64,000 bases of DNA from Eledone cirrhosa (GCA_964016885.1 OZ024746.1:58590001-58654000); one strand, 5' to 3'; shown: positions 1 through 13,026, counted from the first letter of the stretch. Program-made: numbers and translations. The notes: generated by a model from the letters alone, not told the origin.

Positions 1-404
1 AAATATAGCATATTTGGGATATGTGAACCAGCGGGAACTACTTTTTCATTTCACTGCTTACGTATCATTATTTTTCTACATGATTACATCCGATTAAATA
101 AGGGTTCGGTTAATATACCTACAGAGAGAATAAAAATCAGCAATAACATTCCAGTGGAATTTATAGATATAATGCCACCTCTATATCATGTAATTGTATA
201 TAAGTATATATTGTATATGCATGAATATTACGTTAAATAGTTATACATACATACTACAATGGGATCAGGCTCTCCACCGTGTATGGCATAGCAGGGTACG
301 ATATTTGGGCGCAAAGGTACCGATAATAACCAATACATTCAAATATAAGATAGTTATTTTATGTGTAGGTGAGTGTGTTTATGTAGGCGGCGCATATGAA
401 ATCT

Positions 405-718
405 CGTGGCATTGTGGTTAGGGAATTTGGCTGACGGTCATAAGGTCGCGAGTTCGAATCGAGGCAGTGCACTGTGTCCTTGAACACAACACTTTATTTC
501 ACGTCACTCAAGTTAACTCAGCTGGCAGAAATGAGTTGTACCTGTAATTCAATGGGTCAGCCTTGTCACATTCTGTGTCACGCCGAATCTCCCTGAGAAC
601 TACGTTAAGGGTACGCGTGTTTATGGAGTGCTCAGCCACTTGCACGTTAATTTCACAAGCAGGCTGTTTCGTTGATCGGATAAACTGGAAGACTCCTTGT
701 CGTAACCGACGGAGTTCC
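405..718 (+). mobile_element. tRNA-derived SINE (family 1)
   Basis: A-box-like TGGCATTGTGG and B-box GAGTTCGAATC in a tRNA-like head, then GTGTCCTTGAACACAACACTTTA core and a 3' body. The 3' body recurs degraded at about 22190-22290. Confidence 0.8.
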
Positions 719-1659
719 TTTCATTCAATGTGAATTCCGTAAGTTAGTTTGTTTAATTTTCCTTAAGATATATAGATAGATGTTTTAAGATATATAGATG
801 GGTTTAGTGTTCCTCTATGCTTTTATACGTACGAACATAACAAAAAACTGATAGGATGATTCCATGCGTATAGCAGGCTGCATTTTGTACGGACCTTAGT
901 TGAGTGAAACTCATGTGGCACAGAGCCAAGGGCTACAGCATTTATTTCTTCAATGTACATATATTTTAGGCCGAAGGGCTTCTAGAAATGACAACACAGG
1001 AAAAATAAAGCTAAAAAATAAATAAGAATCGCACCTTCAGATCGTGATAACTACCATTTGGTAAATCCGATAGATGAAGACAACCCATGCAGCATACCGT
1101 GTTAATCATCAGATGCTTCTGATGACTGGCGTAAATTGATTCTTCCATCTGCCGGGAAATTTAATAAAGTAACGTTTTGATGCTGTTTATGGACTGGAAA
1201 ATAATTGTTTTTCTTTTGCGCCGAACCAAGTTTTTGTATTTCTTTTAGTTTTGAGGGAAACTTGAGGTGCTATTCTGCCCTAAATATAGATATATGGAAA
1301 GGAATACATTTCACTATTTGAAATAAAGAAAGTCTAGCATCTAAAAAATGCGTGTAATATTTGTTCTTGTTCTTTCCGCTCTAGTTTCAAATTCTGTTGT
1401 AGACCACATTGCCTCTTATATTTTCTAGTTCGCTAAATAAAGTACAAACTCCAGGGATGTTGGACTGGATAAATTCTTAAAGTTCCGGACTAGAATCCTT
1501 GCATTGTCTGCCTCGGTTCTGTTGAATGTTTAGTTCAAATCCCGACTATTCCTCTCATCAAAACGAAAAGAGGAAAAAGGCTGGCACCCAAGTCAGAGGT
1601 TATACTAGTCCCATGGTCATTCGTGACCGAAGGGGGTCTGTACCCTTTATATATATGTG

Positions 1660-2220
1660 CGATTTGGAAGTTCTCGAACGGAGCATGTGCGTGACGTATA
1701 GAGAGCATGATCTTTCAGCATCGGTTAAGGTGGTGCGGACACCTGGTCCGGATGTCTGATGATCGTATTCCTCCAAAGCAAATTCCCTACGGAGGACTGT
1801 GAAAAGGAAGGCGACCACTACACAAACCAAAAATGCGGTTACCGGGATTGTGTCAGGAGCACCTTGGTTTGTGCTGGAATTTCATCTGACAAATGAGAGG
1901 AAATGGCTGAGGAACGTGTGAAGTGGAGACGTTTGATCAAGTCAGGTAGTGAACACTTTGAAACTCCTCGGAGAGAACGCCTGACACTGAAAAGGAAGGT
2001 AAGGAAAACAGACTTTTCTGAACTGCCTGCTATTGAACATCATCTGGTTTGCCAGCAATGTGGTCGAAGCTGCCTGAGAAAAGCTGGTTTGAGTAGACAA
2101 GAACAAAGTCATATCATAGACCTCATGTAGATTATGATCTGGAGAGGTGTCAGAAATGTGGCAAGGAATGTTGTAGCATGGAAGGTCTTAAAAGGCACAT
2201 GAGAACACACATCCAGAACA
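1660..2220 (+). pseudogene. RTE-clade LINE, decayed 3' end of ORF (post-RT region and C2H2 zinc fingers)
   Basis: Across frameshifts it reads LEVLERS..IESMIFQHRLRWCGHLVRMSDDRIP-KQIPYGGL*KGRRPLHKPK..MAEERVKWRRLIKSG..CQQCGRSC..CQKCGKECCSMEGLKRHMRTH. The LRWxGHxxRMxxxRxPKQ motif is typical of RTE/BovB. Confidence 0.8.
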
Positions 2221-2783
2221 AAGTATATATATACATATCGAACACACATTCAGAACAATATATATATATATATATATCGATTCACTTAAGAAGCATCTGG
2301 AGACTTTTAGATTTAATAGTTGATGATCACCATGCATAACAATTTAGATAATCGGGCAAAATACCATTACAAACAGGAACAAAACTGGACAGAGGCGCCT
2401 GCGAAGTATAGAATCCTGATATTAAGCTCCATATACATATTAGACATATAAACATTTATATATATTAGAGAGTCGGGGCTCGAGGTCTGCGCTTTTGCTG
2501 TTTCGACACCAAATTCCAGGCTGTCATTTGCTGTTGAAACGGCAAGAGCTCAACCACCAGGCCTCCACACACTAATGTGTTTACACTTTACTATTACAAG
2601 CATCGAATGCTCTGCTGAATAATGGTCTTACTAGTTTATAGCTGACAAACTCATGAACTCTCTCCCTCCCCCTCCCCCCATCTCTCTCTCTTTCTCTCTC
2701 TGTATATATATATATACTGAAGTAAAAGTTAACTGGAAATATCCAAGAGTAAATGCACTCAGTCAATAGTAGGAATTTAGTAA

Positions 2784-2976
2784 AAATAATTATAACAGTG
2801 ACATAAACAGGTACTCAAATTTCGTTGGGTTCTGGGCCCTAATTCATTCAGCCTGTCAAGAGAAGCAAGAACAAAGATGTCCACCTTTATTTATTTTTCT
2901 CATGACAGGCTGAATGAATTAGGGCCCAGGACCCAACGAAACCTAAGTACCTGTTTATGTCACTGTTGTAATTATT

Positions 2977-2977
<1 letters not shown>
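2784..2977. mobile_element. Fold-back element A (about 75-bp arms) with an HHR in each arm
   Basis: aataattataacagtgacataaacaggtac... is the reverse complement of ...gtacctgtttatgtcactgttgtaattattt. The right end abuts (TA)n. Confidence 0.8.
2905..2954 (+). ncRNA. Type I hammerhead ribozyme motif, variant core CUGAAUGA (mirror copy 2807-2856 on minus strand)
   Basis: acagg-CTGAATGA-attagggcccaggacccaac-GAAA-cctaag-TA-cctgt; stem I acagg/cctgt. Confidence 0.6.
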
Positions 2978-3014
<37 letters not shown>

Positions 3015-3016
<2 letters not shown>

Positions 3017-3230
3017 GGAAAATGTATGACCTCGACGGCGGAGCTCAAGCCGTTTCGACGGCTATTTGTGGACTAAATTAGAATTTTTAGCCTGGTAAAT
3101 CATTTTCCTATTACCCACTCTACTACCCTAATTATTGAGTACTCACTAACTATTACCCACTCTACTACACTAAGTAATGAGTACTCTGGTGCGTTACGGT
3201 CCATTATGGTTCCTTACCACAACTCCTTCG

Positions 3231-3235
<5 letters not shown>
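3015..3235. mobile_element. Family B PLE-like terminal fragment (3' half HHR on minus strand, 3' tail on plus strand)
   Basis: Shares gccgtcgaaacggcttgagctc and ttcctattacccactctactaccctaa...ccttcgtta with copies at 7345-7480, 17738-17937, 28241-28380 and 62040-62105. Flanked by (TA)n. Confidence 0.65.
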
Positions 3236-3324
<89 letters not shown>

Positions 3325-3565
3325 TTCACATTATCTTGAGTGTGTTATTCAAATTAAATTCCAAATACCGATTTAAACATTCATACAAGAACAAAGATAG
3401 AGTCTGACAAAAAATGTGTAAATATTAAAACACCTTTGAGGCAGGGAACTACGTATTTCTTCAACTTGTATCTAAATGCAGATGTTCTCAAAAAACAAAT
3501 TAAACGCAATGAATAGCAATGTATGTATGCACATACGTACGCAACTACATATATGTATGATGTAT

Positions 3566-3601
<36 letters not shown>

Positions 3602-3628
3602 CATATATATATATGTATATATATAACA

Positions 3629-3681
<53 letters not shown>

Positions 3682-3687
<6 letters not shown>

Positions 3688-3943
3688 TGTAATAAAGAAC
3701 ATAAGGCAATTATTCCATTTACCAGTGGTTTCTTAAAAGCAAAAAATTTTGCTTTCAATCATCAGAATGAAAAAATCCTGGTCTATTTATTGAATTGGAT
3801 TCTTAAAAGTAATGTTTTTTTAAGAATCCTATTCAATAAATAGACCAGGATTTTTTCATTCTGATGATTGAAAGCAACATTTTTTGCTTTTAAGAAACCA
3901 CTGGTAAATGAAATAATTGCTTAATGTTGTTTATTACATAACT
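3682..3943. mobile_element. Fold-back element C (about 125-bp arms) with an HHR in each arm
   Basis: Near-perfect inverted repeat centred near 3810 (tagttatgtaataaa...tttattacataacta). The left end abuts (TA)n. Confidence 0.85.
3854..3913 (+). ncRNA. Type I hammerhead ribozyme motif (mirror copy about 3714-3772 on minus strand)
   Basis: tttcatt-CTGATGA-ttgaaagcaacattttttgcttttaa (stem II hairpin)-GAAA-ccactgg-TA-aatgaaa; stem I tttcatt/aatgaaa; predicted cleavage after GUA at 3906. Confidence 0.85.
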
Positions 3944-4006
3944 ATTAAGCTCCGTTACCTACATAGAGCACTCTTTTTTCCTGGACTTTTCCGACGGAAA
4001 TACTTC

Positions 4007-4155
<149 letters not shown>

Positions 4156-4210
4156 TCGTTTCTGAATTTGTTTAGCAAGATTCTTTATCGGAAAATGTGT
4201 GTTGAAACCG

Positions 4211-4751
4211 ATATTGTTATACTTTGGAAGGGTCATGTTGCCAATAAGAAACACACGCACCAGTTACTTTCACTTCAATTTATTATAATAAATTTATAAA
4301 TTTAGGAATTTATAAAATCCGGTTGGTTGGTTGGTTCCACGACCAGATGGTTGTTTATATATTGTCAAAGTTCTTTCGTCACCCATTCTGTGACCTCTTC
4401 AGTGACTGGGGATTCTTTTTTATTTATTTTTTGTGCCTCTCCTTTGTTCTGTCCTACGCCATCTTGTTTTTGTGTGTGTCAACACACACACAAAAACAAG
4501 ATGGCGTAGGACAGAACAAAGGAGAGGCACAAAAAACAAAAAAAAAGAATCCCCTGTCACTGAAGAGGTCACAGAATGTGTGACGAAAGAACTTTGACAA
4601 TATATAAACAACCATCTGGTTGTGGAACCAACCAACCAAACGGAAATTTATAAATTCCTAAATTTATAAATGTATTATAGTAAATTGAAGTGATTGCAGG
4701 AGGTGCGTGTGTTTCTTATTGGCAACATGACCCTCCCAAAGTATGACAATA
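4211..4751. mobile_element. Fold-back element D (about 270-bp arms) with an HHR in each arm
   Basis: Inverted repeat centred near 4480. The ORF track shows mirror-image ORFs (4323+/4454-, 4327+/4420-). The right end abuts (TA)n. Confidence 0.9.
4555..4599 (+). ncRNA. Type I hammerhead ribozyme motif (mirror copy 4363-4406 on minus strand)
   Basis: tgtca-CTGAAGA-g gtcaca gaatg tgtgac-GAAA-gaac-TT-tgaca; stem I tgtca/tgaca; minimal stem III. Confidence 0.8.
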
Positions 4752-4804
4752 TATATATATATATATATACATAAATATATAAATGTATATATATTTACAT
4801 ACAT

Positions 4805-5918
4805 ATATGTATACAGACGTACAGTACTATGTATATATATATACATACATGCACACATATATATATGCACGTATCGGTTTACCGAACATTTATTATAATG
4901 GTCTGTTTGTTTGTTTGTAAATAAACTGCCCGAATTACGCCGCACAGTGTTTAGGCAACCACGTTACCTTTTTGTTCAACACTGACACAGGAACGATGTA
5001 CTAGTTTCAAGCTCATTAGCTATCGTCAGCATCGTATACCATCCTGCCAGATGGTTGAACGTCTGAAAGTATATACTTTCCTTATGCATATTAACGGCTG
5101 AGCAGCCTATTTTGCATATCAAGTGAGTTCAGTCGGCCCGGCGCACTGAAAACGATAAATGGAATAGAATGAAACGAAATTTCATTTCTCACTCTTTGTA
5201 CGGCACTTACTTAAATGTAAGTATGTATGTATACAGACGTACAGCAGTATGTATATATATACATACATGCACACATATATATATATGCACGTATCGGTTT
5301 ACCGAACATTTATTATAATGCTCGGTTTGTTTGTTTGTAAACAAACAAACAGCCTGAATTACACCGTACAGTGTTTAGGCGACCACGTCACCTTTTTGTT
5401 CAACACTGACACAGGAACGATATACTAGTTTCAAGCTTATTAGCTATCGTCAGCATCGTATACCTTCCTGCCAGATGCGGTGCGCCCGGCCGACTGAACT
5501 CACTCGATATGCAAATTAGGCTGCTCAGCAGTTAATATGCATAAGGAAAGTATATACTTTCACACGTTCAACCATCTGGTAAGAAGGTATACGATGCTGA
5601 CGATAGCTAATAGGCTTGAAACTAGTACATCGTTCCTGTGTCAGTGTTGAATAAAAAAGGTGACGTGGTTGCCTAAACACGGTGCGCCGTAATGCGGGCT
5701 GTTTGTTTGTTTACAAACAAACAAACCGAGCATTATAATAAATGTTCGGTAAACCGATACGTGCATATATATATATATGTGTGCATGTATGTATATATAT
5801 ACATATTACTGTACATCTGTATACATATATATATGTAAATATACATACATACTTACATTTAAGTAAGTGCCGTACTAAGAGTGAGAAATAAAATTTCGTT
5901 TCATTCTATTCCATTTAT
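4805..5918. mobile_element. Compound element E: two tandem HHR-bearing monomers on minus strand joined head-to-head with one plus-strand monomer
   Basis: 4805-5052 repeats directly at 5225-5477 (424-bp period between HHRs). 5479-5918 is the reverse complement of the unit. Flanked by (TA)n. Confidence 0.85.
5591..5633 (+). ncRNA. Minimal type I hammerhead ribozyme (minus-strand copies at 4993-5035 and 5417-5459)
   Basis: acgatg-CTGACGA-tagctaataggctt-GAAA-ctag-TA-catcgt; stem I acgatg/catcgt; palindromic CTAG stem III as in dimer-acting minimal HHRs. Confidence 0.9.
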
Positions 5919-5920
5919 AA

Positions 5921-5953
<33 letters not shown>

Positions 5954-6748
5954 TTGGCGGGTGAGCCTCTGTGTTATATATATGCGTGTGTGAGTGTATG
6001 TGTATATATACATATATACGAGCGAGTGTATGTGTACGTGTGTGAAAATCACATGAGTTATATAAGAAGAATATATATCTGTTTCTATACAATATGTATA
6101 TTATTCAATGCCAATTATAGCTGATATACATTTTTAAATGATATTTGCTTGTCGAAGTATGTTTGAGAATATATATAACATAAATCATTGTCAGTTCGTT
6201 TTAACTTCGTTTTTTTTTTAACAAAAAGTCGAATTCGATTGTTATGGTATGCACGAGTGACATGTCGTACGGTGTTCACTTAATGAGATTTTTCAATTAA
6301 TTGTATTAATCAATCGCAAAAACAAAATACAGCCCCATCTGTTTGAACGCATCGAACTAACCTCAATACAAACAATTGGTAAAACTAGATATTCAAGCAG
6401 TAGTTAATTACATTTCTTTAGTTTTATATGTGTAACTGTTATTAGTCTTACTTCTGTTTGTTTGTTCTTGATTGCTTGGGTTTATTTTTTTTTACTATTT
6501 AGTCGGGGAAAGGAAAAAGTGTTTTCCACGACATTTTTCAAACCCTCTGAGACTCGTGCTAAGGAAAGAGGAAAGGAATGTCGCAGCCATATATAGGAAC
6601 CTGGTCTTTAAGATTGCAAGAGAAATAAAAATACCACAGCCATCCATATAATATATTTACATTTCTATTCCAACACATTTCCTGCAATTGCATGGAGAAG
6701 GACAATGTATAGCTGAGTGCATTATATCCCTAAATTGTTAGCATTATA

Positions 6749-6930
6749 TTGGCAGTATCGGTAGAGGGTCGTACGTTGTACTTTGCAGCATAGAATTGTG
6801 GCCCTTTATGTTCTGGTTTCAAAACCCGCCGAGGTTAACTTTGCCTTTCATCCTTACAGGGCTATAAAATAAAGCACCAGTAATGCACTGATATAATTGC
6901 TGGCTTCGTGCCAAAAGTAGAACCAATTAT
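6749..6930 (+). mobile_element. tRNA-derived SINE (family 2)
   Basis: TGGCAGTATCGGTAGAG A-box, GGTTTCAAAACCC B-box, then ccgaggttaactttgcctttcatcctt...aaataaag(t)accag, which resembles the Meta/MESC-type SINE core (recalled, not searched). Confidence 0.75.
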
Positions 6931-7344
6931 ACTGGAATGTTACGACGTTGAAGTATAACATAACACATATCTTTTTATATTTTCTATAAATAAGCGAATT
7001 GGGAAATGATTGCTTTTAATACCTTGCAGTCTCCAGAATTTAGCCACATTAAACTATTTGTATACTTCGTAAGTCCACAAGTACCGAAAGTAGGATATAA
7101 CTATGAAATACTAATATGCATATTGTTTATATATTTCACTAGCATCTTTTATTCGTTTACTGTTTTCAGTCACCATTGCAAAGTGATTTGTTCAATAATA
7201 TCGCACTCAGTATTTATTGCTTTCAAGTATGTCGAAACATTGTATTAAAAAATGTAAAGAGTAAATACAGAAACGGACACTCACAAACTCACACACACAT
7301 ACAGGCACATCTATCTATATATATATATATATAGAGAGAGAGAA

Positions 7345-7480
7345 ATAGTCGTCGAAACGGCTTGAGCTCTGCTGTCGGGGTCTTGAACATTTTCCTATTA
7401 CCCACTCTACTATCCTAAGTATTGAGTACTCTGGTACGTTATGGTTCACCTGGTTCCTTACCACACTTCCTTCGTTATAT
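7345..7480 (+). mobile_element. Family B PLE-like terminal fragment (3' half HHR and tail)
   Basis: tagtcgtcGAAAcggcttgagctctgctgTCgggg...ccttcgtta then (TA)n. Confidence 0.65.
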
Positions 7481-7524
7481 ATATGTATATATATATATAA
7501 ATATGTATATATATATATATAAAT

Positions 7525-7570
<46 letters not shown>

Positions 7571-7583
7571 TAACCTCTGCTAT

Positions 7584-7615
<32 letters not shown>

Positions 7616-7619
7616 CGCA

Positions 7620-8155
7620 GAGGTTATATTTAATTTGTTGTGATTCAACAAGCTTAAAAATGTTATAACTCATATAAAGCACTCAACAGTTAGTGGAGTA
7701 AATATTCAATATATTAATATATGGAAACAATATTTATAAAACCATAATTATTTTATTATATATATTTCAAGGGCAACCAAGGCAAATTATGGTGCGCTTT
7801 CATCAGATAAAATACAGATTTGTTTTATAAATAAATATTGACATACCCGGAAAAAAGACAACCTTAACGGTTGAAGTTCCCTGGATGGTGGAGATAATAT
7901 TTCATTGAGGGTGATACAAAGTTATGAGTGAGTATGCAAATGAGTGTCAGAAAAATTGAAAAACAACGGTTTTTTAAAATTAAACTGTTGGAAGAAAGGA
8001 GATGTAAAAGGGAGAGGGAAAAAATATTGAGAGAGAGAGAAAATATTAATGAGAGGGAGAGAGAAAAAATATTGAATGCCCTTGGTTGCCCTTGAAATAT
8101 ATATAATAAAATAATGATGGTTTTATAAATATAGTTTACATTCATTAATATATTG

Positions 8156-8157
<2 letters not shown>
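7620..8157. mobile_element. Family G PLE-like 3' end on minus strand with an inverted partial arm at 8075-8157
   Basis: 7705-7785 is inverted at 8075-8157. Homologous to 19260-19700 and 27955-28192. Flanked by (TA)n. Confidence 0.7.
7749..7814 (-). ncRNA. Type I hammerhead ribozyme motif
   Basis: Reverse complement: ttttat-CTGATGA-aagcgcaccataatttgccttggttgccctt-GAAA-tata-TA-taataaaa. Confidence 0.7.
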
Positions 8158-8192
<35 letters not shown>

Positions 8193-9095
8193 ATTACAAA
8201 AATTAAGCCGAAAAATTAGTCCTGATGAATTTATTTGATGAATGACATGAAGTGATATATATATATTTATATGTATATGTATGTATGTATGTAAGTATGT
8301 GTGTGTGTGTGCGCGTGTGTATGTGTGTGTGTAATGATACAAGGACGGTTGGTTATGCATTCATGACGTGTATTGGTTGGTGACGCGCGTTTCGGTATTG
8401 ATCAGCTCAAGTTTCGATCTGTACCGATCTGGCCCGACTCTCGAATCGAAAGCTTGTCGCACCTCTGCTGTTGTAATGACAGAATGAACATATAAAGCAT
8501 AGACATGTCTGTAACGTTTCGCTTAATATGGTGGTCAGTTTGAGTCGTTTTGATCGGTGGTTTAGCTATGAGGAATATTTTGGCATGTGTCACAGATGGG
8601 GGGGGGTGAACATAGTGACGAGGTGGTGGTTGGAAGTGATGGTTGATGGGAATTGCAGGGGTGTATATATATATGTATATGTATATATAGGCAACAACTA
8701 CAGAAACCCATGATCATCAGCCATCGAAATAGACGTACAGAGTTTCGACCTCTACTAATGGCACTGCTGGTCTGTCCGGGTGTACAAGCGTCTCACAAAA
8801 TAATTAAACGCTGCCGTTAATGTATTAAGACGAAAATAAAACCAAATTTACATGCACAGAATTAAATGTTTGACAGTAAGTCGTACAATGCGTGACGATA
8901 AGAACCAATTAGATCTAGAGAGAACAACACAGAGGGAGCATGACACGCATAGGTTTTATCCACCACATAACAATTGTAAGGAAGATAATTAAGCGAAAAG
9001 ACCATACAGTAATCTCCTGTTAAGAAAGGGGGTATTTCGTTGTTAAAAGGCAACAATAGATAAATAGCGAAACCTCCTACAGCAAATATTACAAT

Positions 9096-9304
9096 ATTGG
9101 TTTCTTATATAGGCACAAGGTCAGCAATTATAGGGGAAGTCAAAGTCGATTAAATCGTCCCCAGTGCGTGACTGATACTTTATTTTATCGACTCCGTAAG
9201 GATAAAAGGCAAAGTTAACCTCGGCGGGATTTCAACTCAGATAATAAAGGGCCGTAACTCTATGCTGCAAATCATGGCGTCCGACTCTCTACCGATCCTG
9301 CAAT
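9096..9304 (-). mobile_element. SINE family 2
   Basis: Reverse complement of the family 2 head and core (ggcaaagttaacctcggcgggatttcaactc...ctctaccgat). Confidence 0.75.
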
Positions 9305-9960
9305 ATTGCAATGTTATCAACAAACTCAAAACTATATACAGATCGTCCAAAGAATATATATACAGACAACAACAGCATTCTAATAAATATTGCCTGTTCA
9401 ATTAATCAATGCGTGTATATATTTTGGGAGTATACCCTGTATATCTAGAAGATACTTGCCGATGATACCACTCAATGAGATTGAACCTAAAACCATGTGG
9501 GTGTAAAGCAATCTATTTATCCATATATCATGTTTGAACCTGTTCGTTTGTTATTAATATATTTATTTTATTGTTGTTCTGTCAGCAAGTTCCAAGTCGA
9601 TGGATTCGTTAGAAAACAATCTCCGTTGATTCCGCTAATATGCAAGAATTTGTCTCCTCATTATATTTTTTTATTAGATCTGTCACAACACTGAGGCATC
9701 TTTGAAGTATCTTTTTGTCACATACTTCGAACATAATCTATCTTAATTCCCAATTAAACCAGATTTCGTTCATATTAGCATTGTATGAGTAGTAAAGTGT
9801 GTGTCTTGCGTTTAGCTAATGCAACTGAATTCTGGAAAATTATCTCGCATAATACAAACTAAAAAATCTGTTTTAATTGTAGCTAAATAAGACATTGTAT
9901 AAAATAGCAGCGACTGTGTTAGATTTATCTTTTAAAATGTATTATTATTATTAACTAAAG

Positions 9961-10935
9961 AGTTCAACTTTGCCTTTCATCCTTACGGGGTCGATAAAAT
10001 AAAGTACCAGTAATGCACTGGGAAAATTGCTGGCCTTGTGCCAAAAGTAGAAACAATTATTAACTAAAGAGGAAGGGTGGTGGGTTGACAGTATCGAGAG
10101 CGTGGACACCATGCTTAGTTTCATAGAGTTACAGCCATTTAGGTTCTGATTTCAAATCTCGCCGAGGTTAGCTTTCCCTTTCATCCTTACGAAGTTGATA
10201 AAATAAAGTACAAGTAAGATCTGGGGTCGATTTAATCGACTTTCCACTTTTCTACAAATTGGTAGCCTTATGCCTAAAGTAGAAACGGTTGTTACTTGAA
10301 GAGCGGGGCATTGGATTGGCAGCATCGGTAGAGCGTCGGACAACATACTTCGCGGCATGTAATCACGGTCCTTTACGTTTTGATTTCAATTGCCAGCGAT
10401 ATCAGCTTTGTCTTTCATCCTTGCGGGATCAATGATACATAGTATCAGTAAAGTATCGGGGTCTATTTAATCGACTTTACTCTTTCCTTTACTCTAATCG
10501 CTGGCGTTATGCCGAAAATAGAAACAATTATTACATAACAAAGGGCGATAAATTGACAGTTTCGGTAGAGTTTTGAGGAATTTTCTTTAAGGTTTAAGTT
10601 ATGACAAATCCCATCAAGGTCAACTTTGCCTTGTATTCTTCTGGTCGATAAAAGGAGGGACCAGTCAAATAGTGAGGCCTGTGTAACTGGCTAATCCATC
10701 CCACAGAATTGCTGGCTAAATTAGAGAGGTCGCTAAATTGACCGAATCATTACTATGTCCGACAAAATTACTTGCAGTATTTGTTGCAGCACTTGACGAT
10801 CTGAGTTCAAATTTCACCAAGATCAACTTTACCTTTCATCTTTCTGATGTCAATAAAATGGAGTTCCATCAACTACTTATGTCGTCTAAATCGAATTACT
10901 ATTCCCTCAAATTGCAGGCCTTGTGCTTTTGTCAG
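9961..10935 (+). mobile_element. Head-to-tail cluster of about 5 SINE family 2 copies
   Basis: Repeated ctttgcctttcatcctt...gataaaataaagtac...gtagaaac units starting near 9961, 10080, 10315, 10550 and 10735, with increasing divergence. Confidence 0.75.
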
Positions 10936-11318
10936 AAATCATCAATACATATCAGAATATGCAACAGAGATTGAACGCTTCTCTTGAAACAAATTCACCT
11001 GACGAATGCACTAGTAAGTAACTACGAAACGTAAAATACAACATACACATATATATATAAAGATACATACTAGAAGAGGTAACTAGCTGAAACTGCCGTG
11101 ATCACAGTCGAACCTCTACTTTTACTAATATATCCACCCTGTATCATACAATGAGTCGAGTATATGTTTGAGTTGTGGTCTTTCCCAGTTCGAGTACCAC
11201 ATATTATCAATATGAATATAGATACATGTGTGTGTGTATGCGTTTGTTTCTGTGTGAGTGTGTTTGTAAGTACACAGGTGAAACTCCAGTCTTATCACTT
11301 AAGCATTATAAAGAATGT

Positions 11319-11357
<39 letters not shown>

Positions 11358-11491
11358 ATGTGGGGGGGGTGCGTGTGGGTGTGAGTGTGTGTATGTTTGT
11401 GTATGTGCATGTATGAGTGTTTGTAAGTACACTGTTGAAACTCCAGACCTATCACTTACCCATAATAAAAAATATGATATTTATATATATA

Positions 11492-11552
<61 letters not shown>

Positions 11553-12715
11553 GTGTGTGTACGTGTGTGTATGTGTTTATATATGTATGTGTGTGTGTGT
11601 GTTTGTGTATGCGTAAATGTATGTATGTATATATGCATGTATGTATGTATGTATTCTAAGCACACAATTGCGTAATATATAAACACACTGCAAGGAAAAT
11701 GATAATTGCATTGGGAGATAATTTTCGGTTATCTAGGTCTTCTCATCTATGTCTTCCTACATCTCATTATCAGATTTCCTCCTTCGCCAACGCTTAGTGG
11801 GCGCTTCAGGAGCGCAAATGAACGTCGCCTTGTATATATGGAAGTGTACAATATTACATTATGAACTTAGAAATACAGATACAAGCAATATTATATTGAA
11901 GTGACATTTTGTTAGATATTACATCTGCTAAATATTCCTTTATAACATTGTACGGCCAAGATTTACTTTGATAATGTCTATAAGACAATAAATGTCTTCT
12001 GTTTCCCCACATTGGAAAACTTTTGGCATATATACATAGAAACCAAGTAGTTGAAATATTCATGTAATTAAATAGTTCTTTATTCTAATCTGTCTGTACA
12101 GGTAGTTACATCGGCGCCATATCACTTGTGAATGTTTCTTGAAGATTTCACGAGGTTTAATTTACGCACAAATCATGCTTTATGTTAAGATACAATATTT
12201 AGCGTTAGAAATTTCGCAAATGACGTACATGCTGTAATATAAAAAACTGTTTCTTCTGATATGAGATGCTATAATTTCACAGTCGGGTTCTATATATTGA
12301 GCAAAGTTTTCATGCTTGATAATATTTTGAAATGATATTTTTAATCACATAGATATCCTATGATTGGGTCTCACATGTGTAAGTTTAGTTTTAGATGGTA
12401 CATTGTGCTTGGCTGGCCAGGAAGGGAAGTAATATTTATATATTAACAGGTTTATGTTGTTGTTCCACTAGATTCTTCATTCCAATATTAATGAGGTATA
12501 TGATATCTATAAGTATTTATGCATGTATGTAAATGTGTATAATTACATACGTGTATTTATATACGTGCACACGCATATACACACGCATATACAAACATAG
12601 GTCTCAGTCCATAATAAGCTGTAAGAAACAAATCATTTCCCGTTTATACACATCTCCAACCTACTTCCAAATACATATACTATATACTATATTTATACAT
12701 ATATGTGTGTTGGTG

Positions 12716-12795
<80 letters not shown>

Positions 12796-12796
12796 T

Positions 12797-12845
<49 letters not shown>

Positions 12846-12938
12846 TATATATATATTTATACATATAAATATATACATATATATATGTATATATACATAT
12901 ATATATATATTTATATATATAGTAATATCTTTTAATAA

Positions 12939-13026
<88 letters not shown>

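Noticed and set aside
405-480. tRNA gene
   Set aside because: A and B boxes are present but the cloverleaf is degenerate and continues into a SINE body. The same applies to the family 2 heads.
4211-4751. DNA-transposon MITE interpretation of the fold-backs
   Set aside because: No shared terminal motif among families, arms of unequal length in several cases, and HHR cores in the arms all favour a PLE-related origin. Not formally excluded.
10995-11125. Possible HHRs (CTGACGA..GAAAcgTA; GAAActg..cagTC)
   Set aside because: Stems I and II do not pair convincingly; too degenerate to call.
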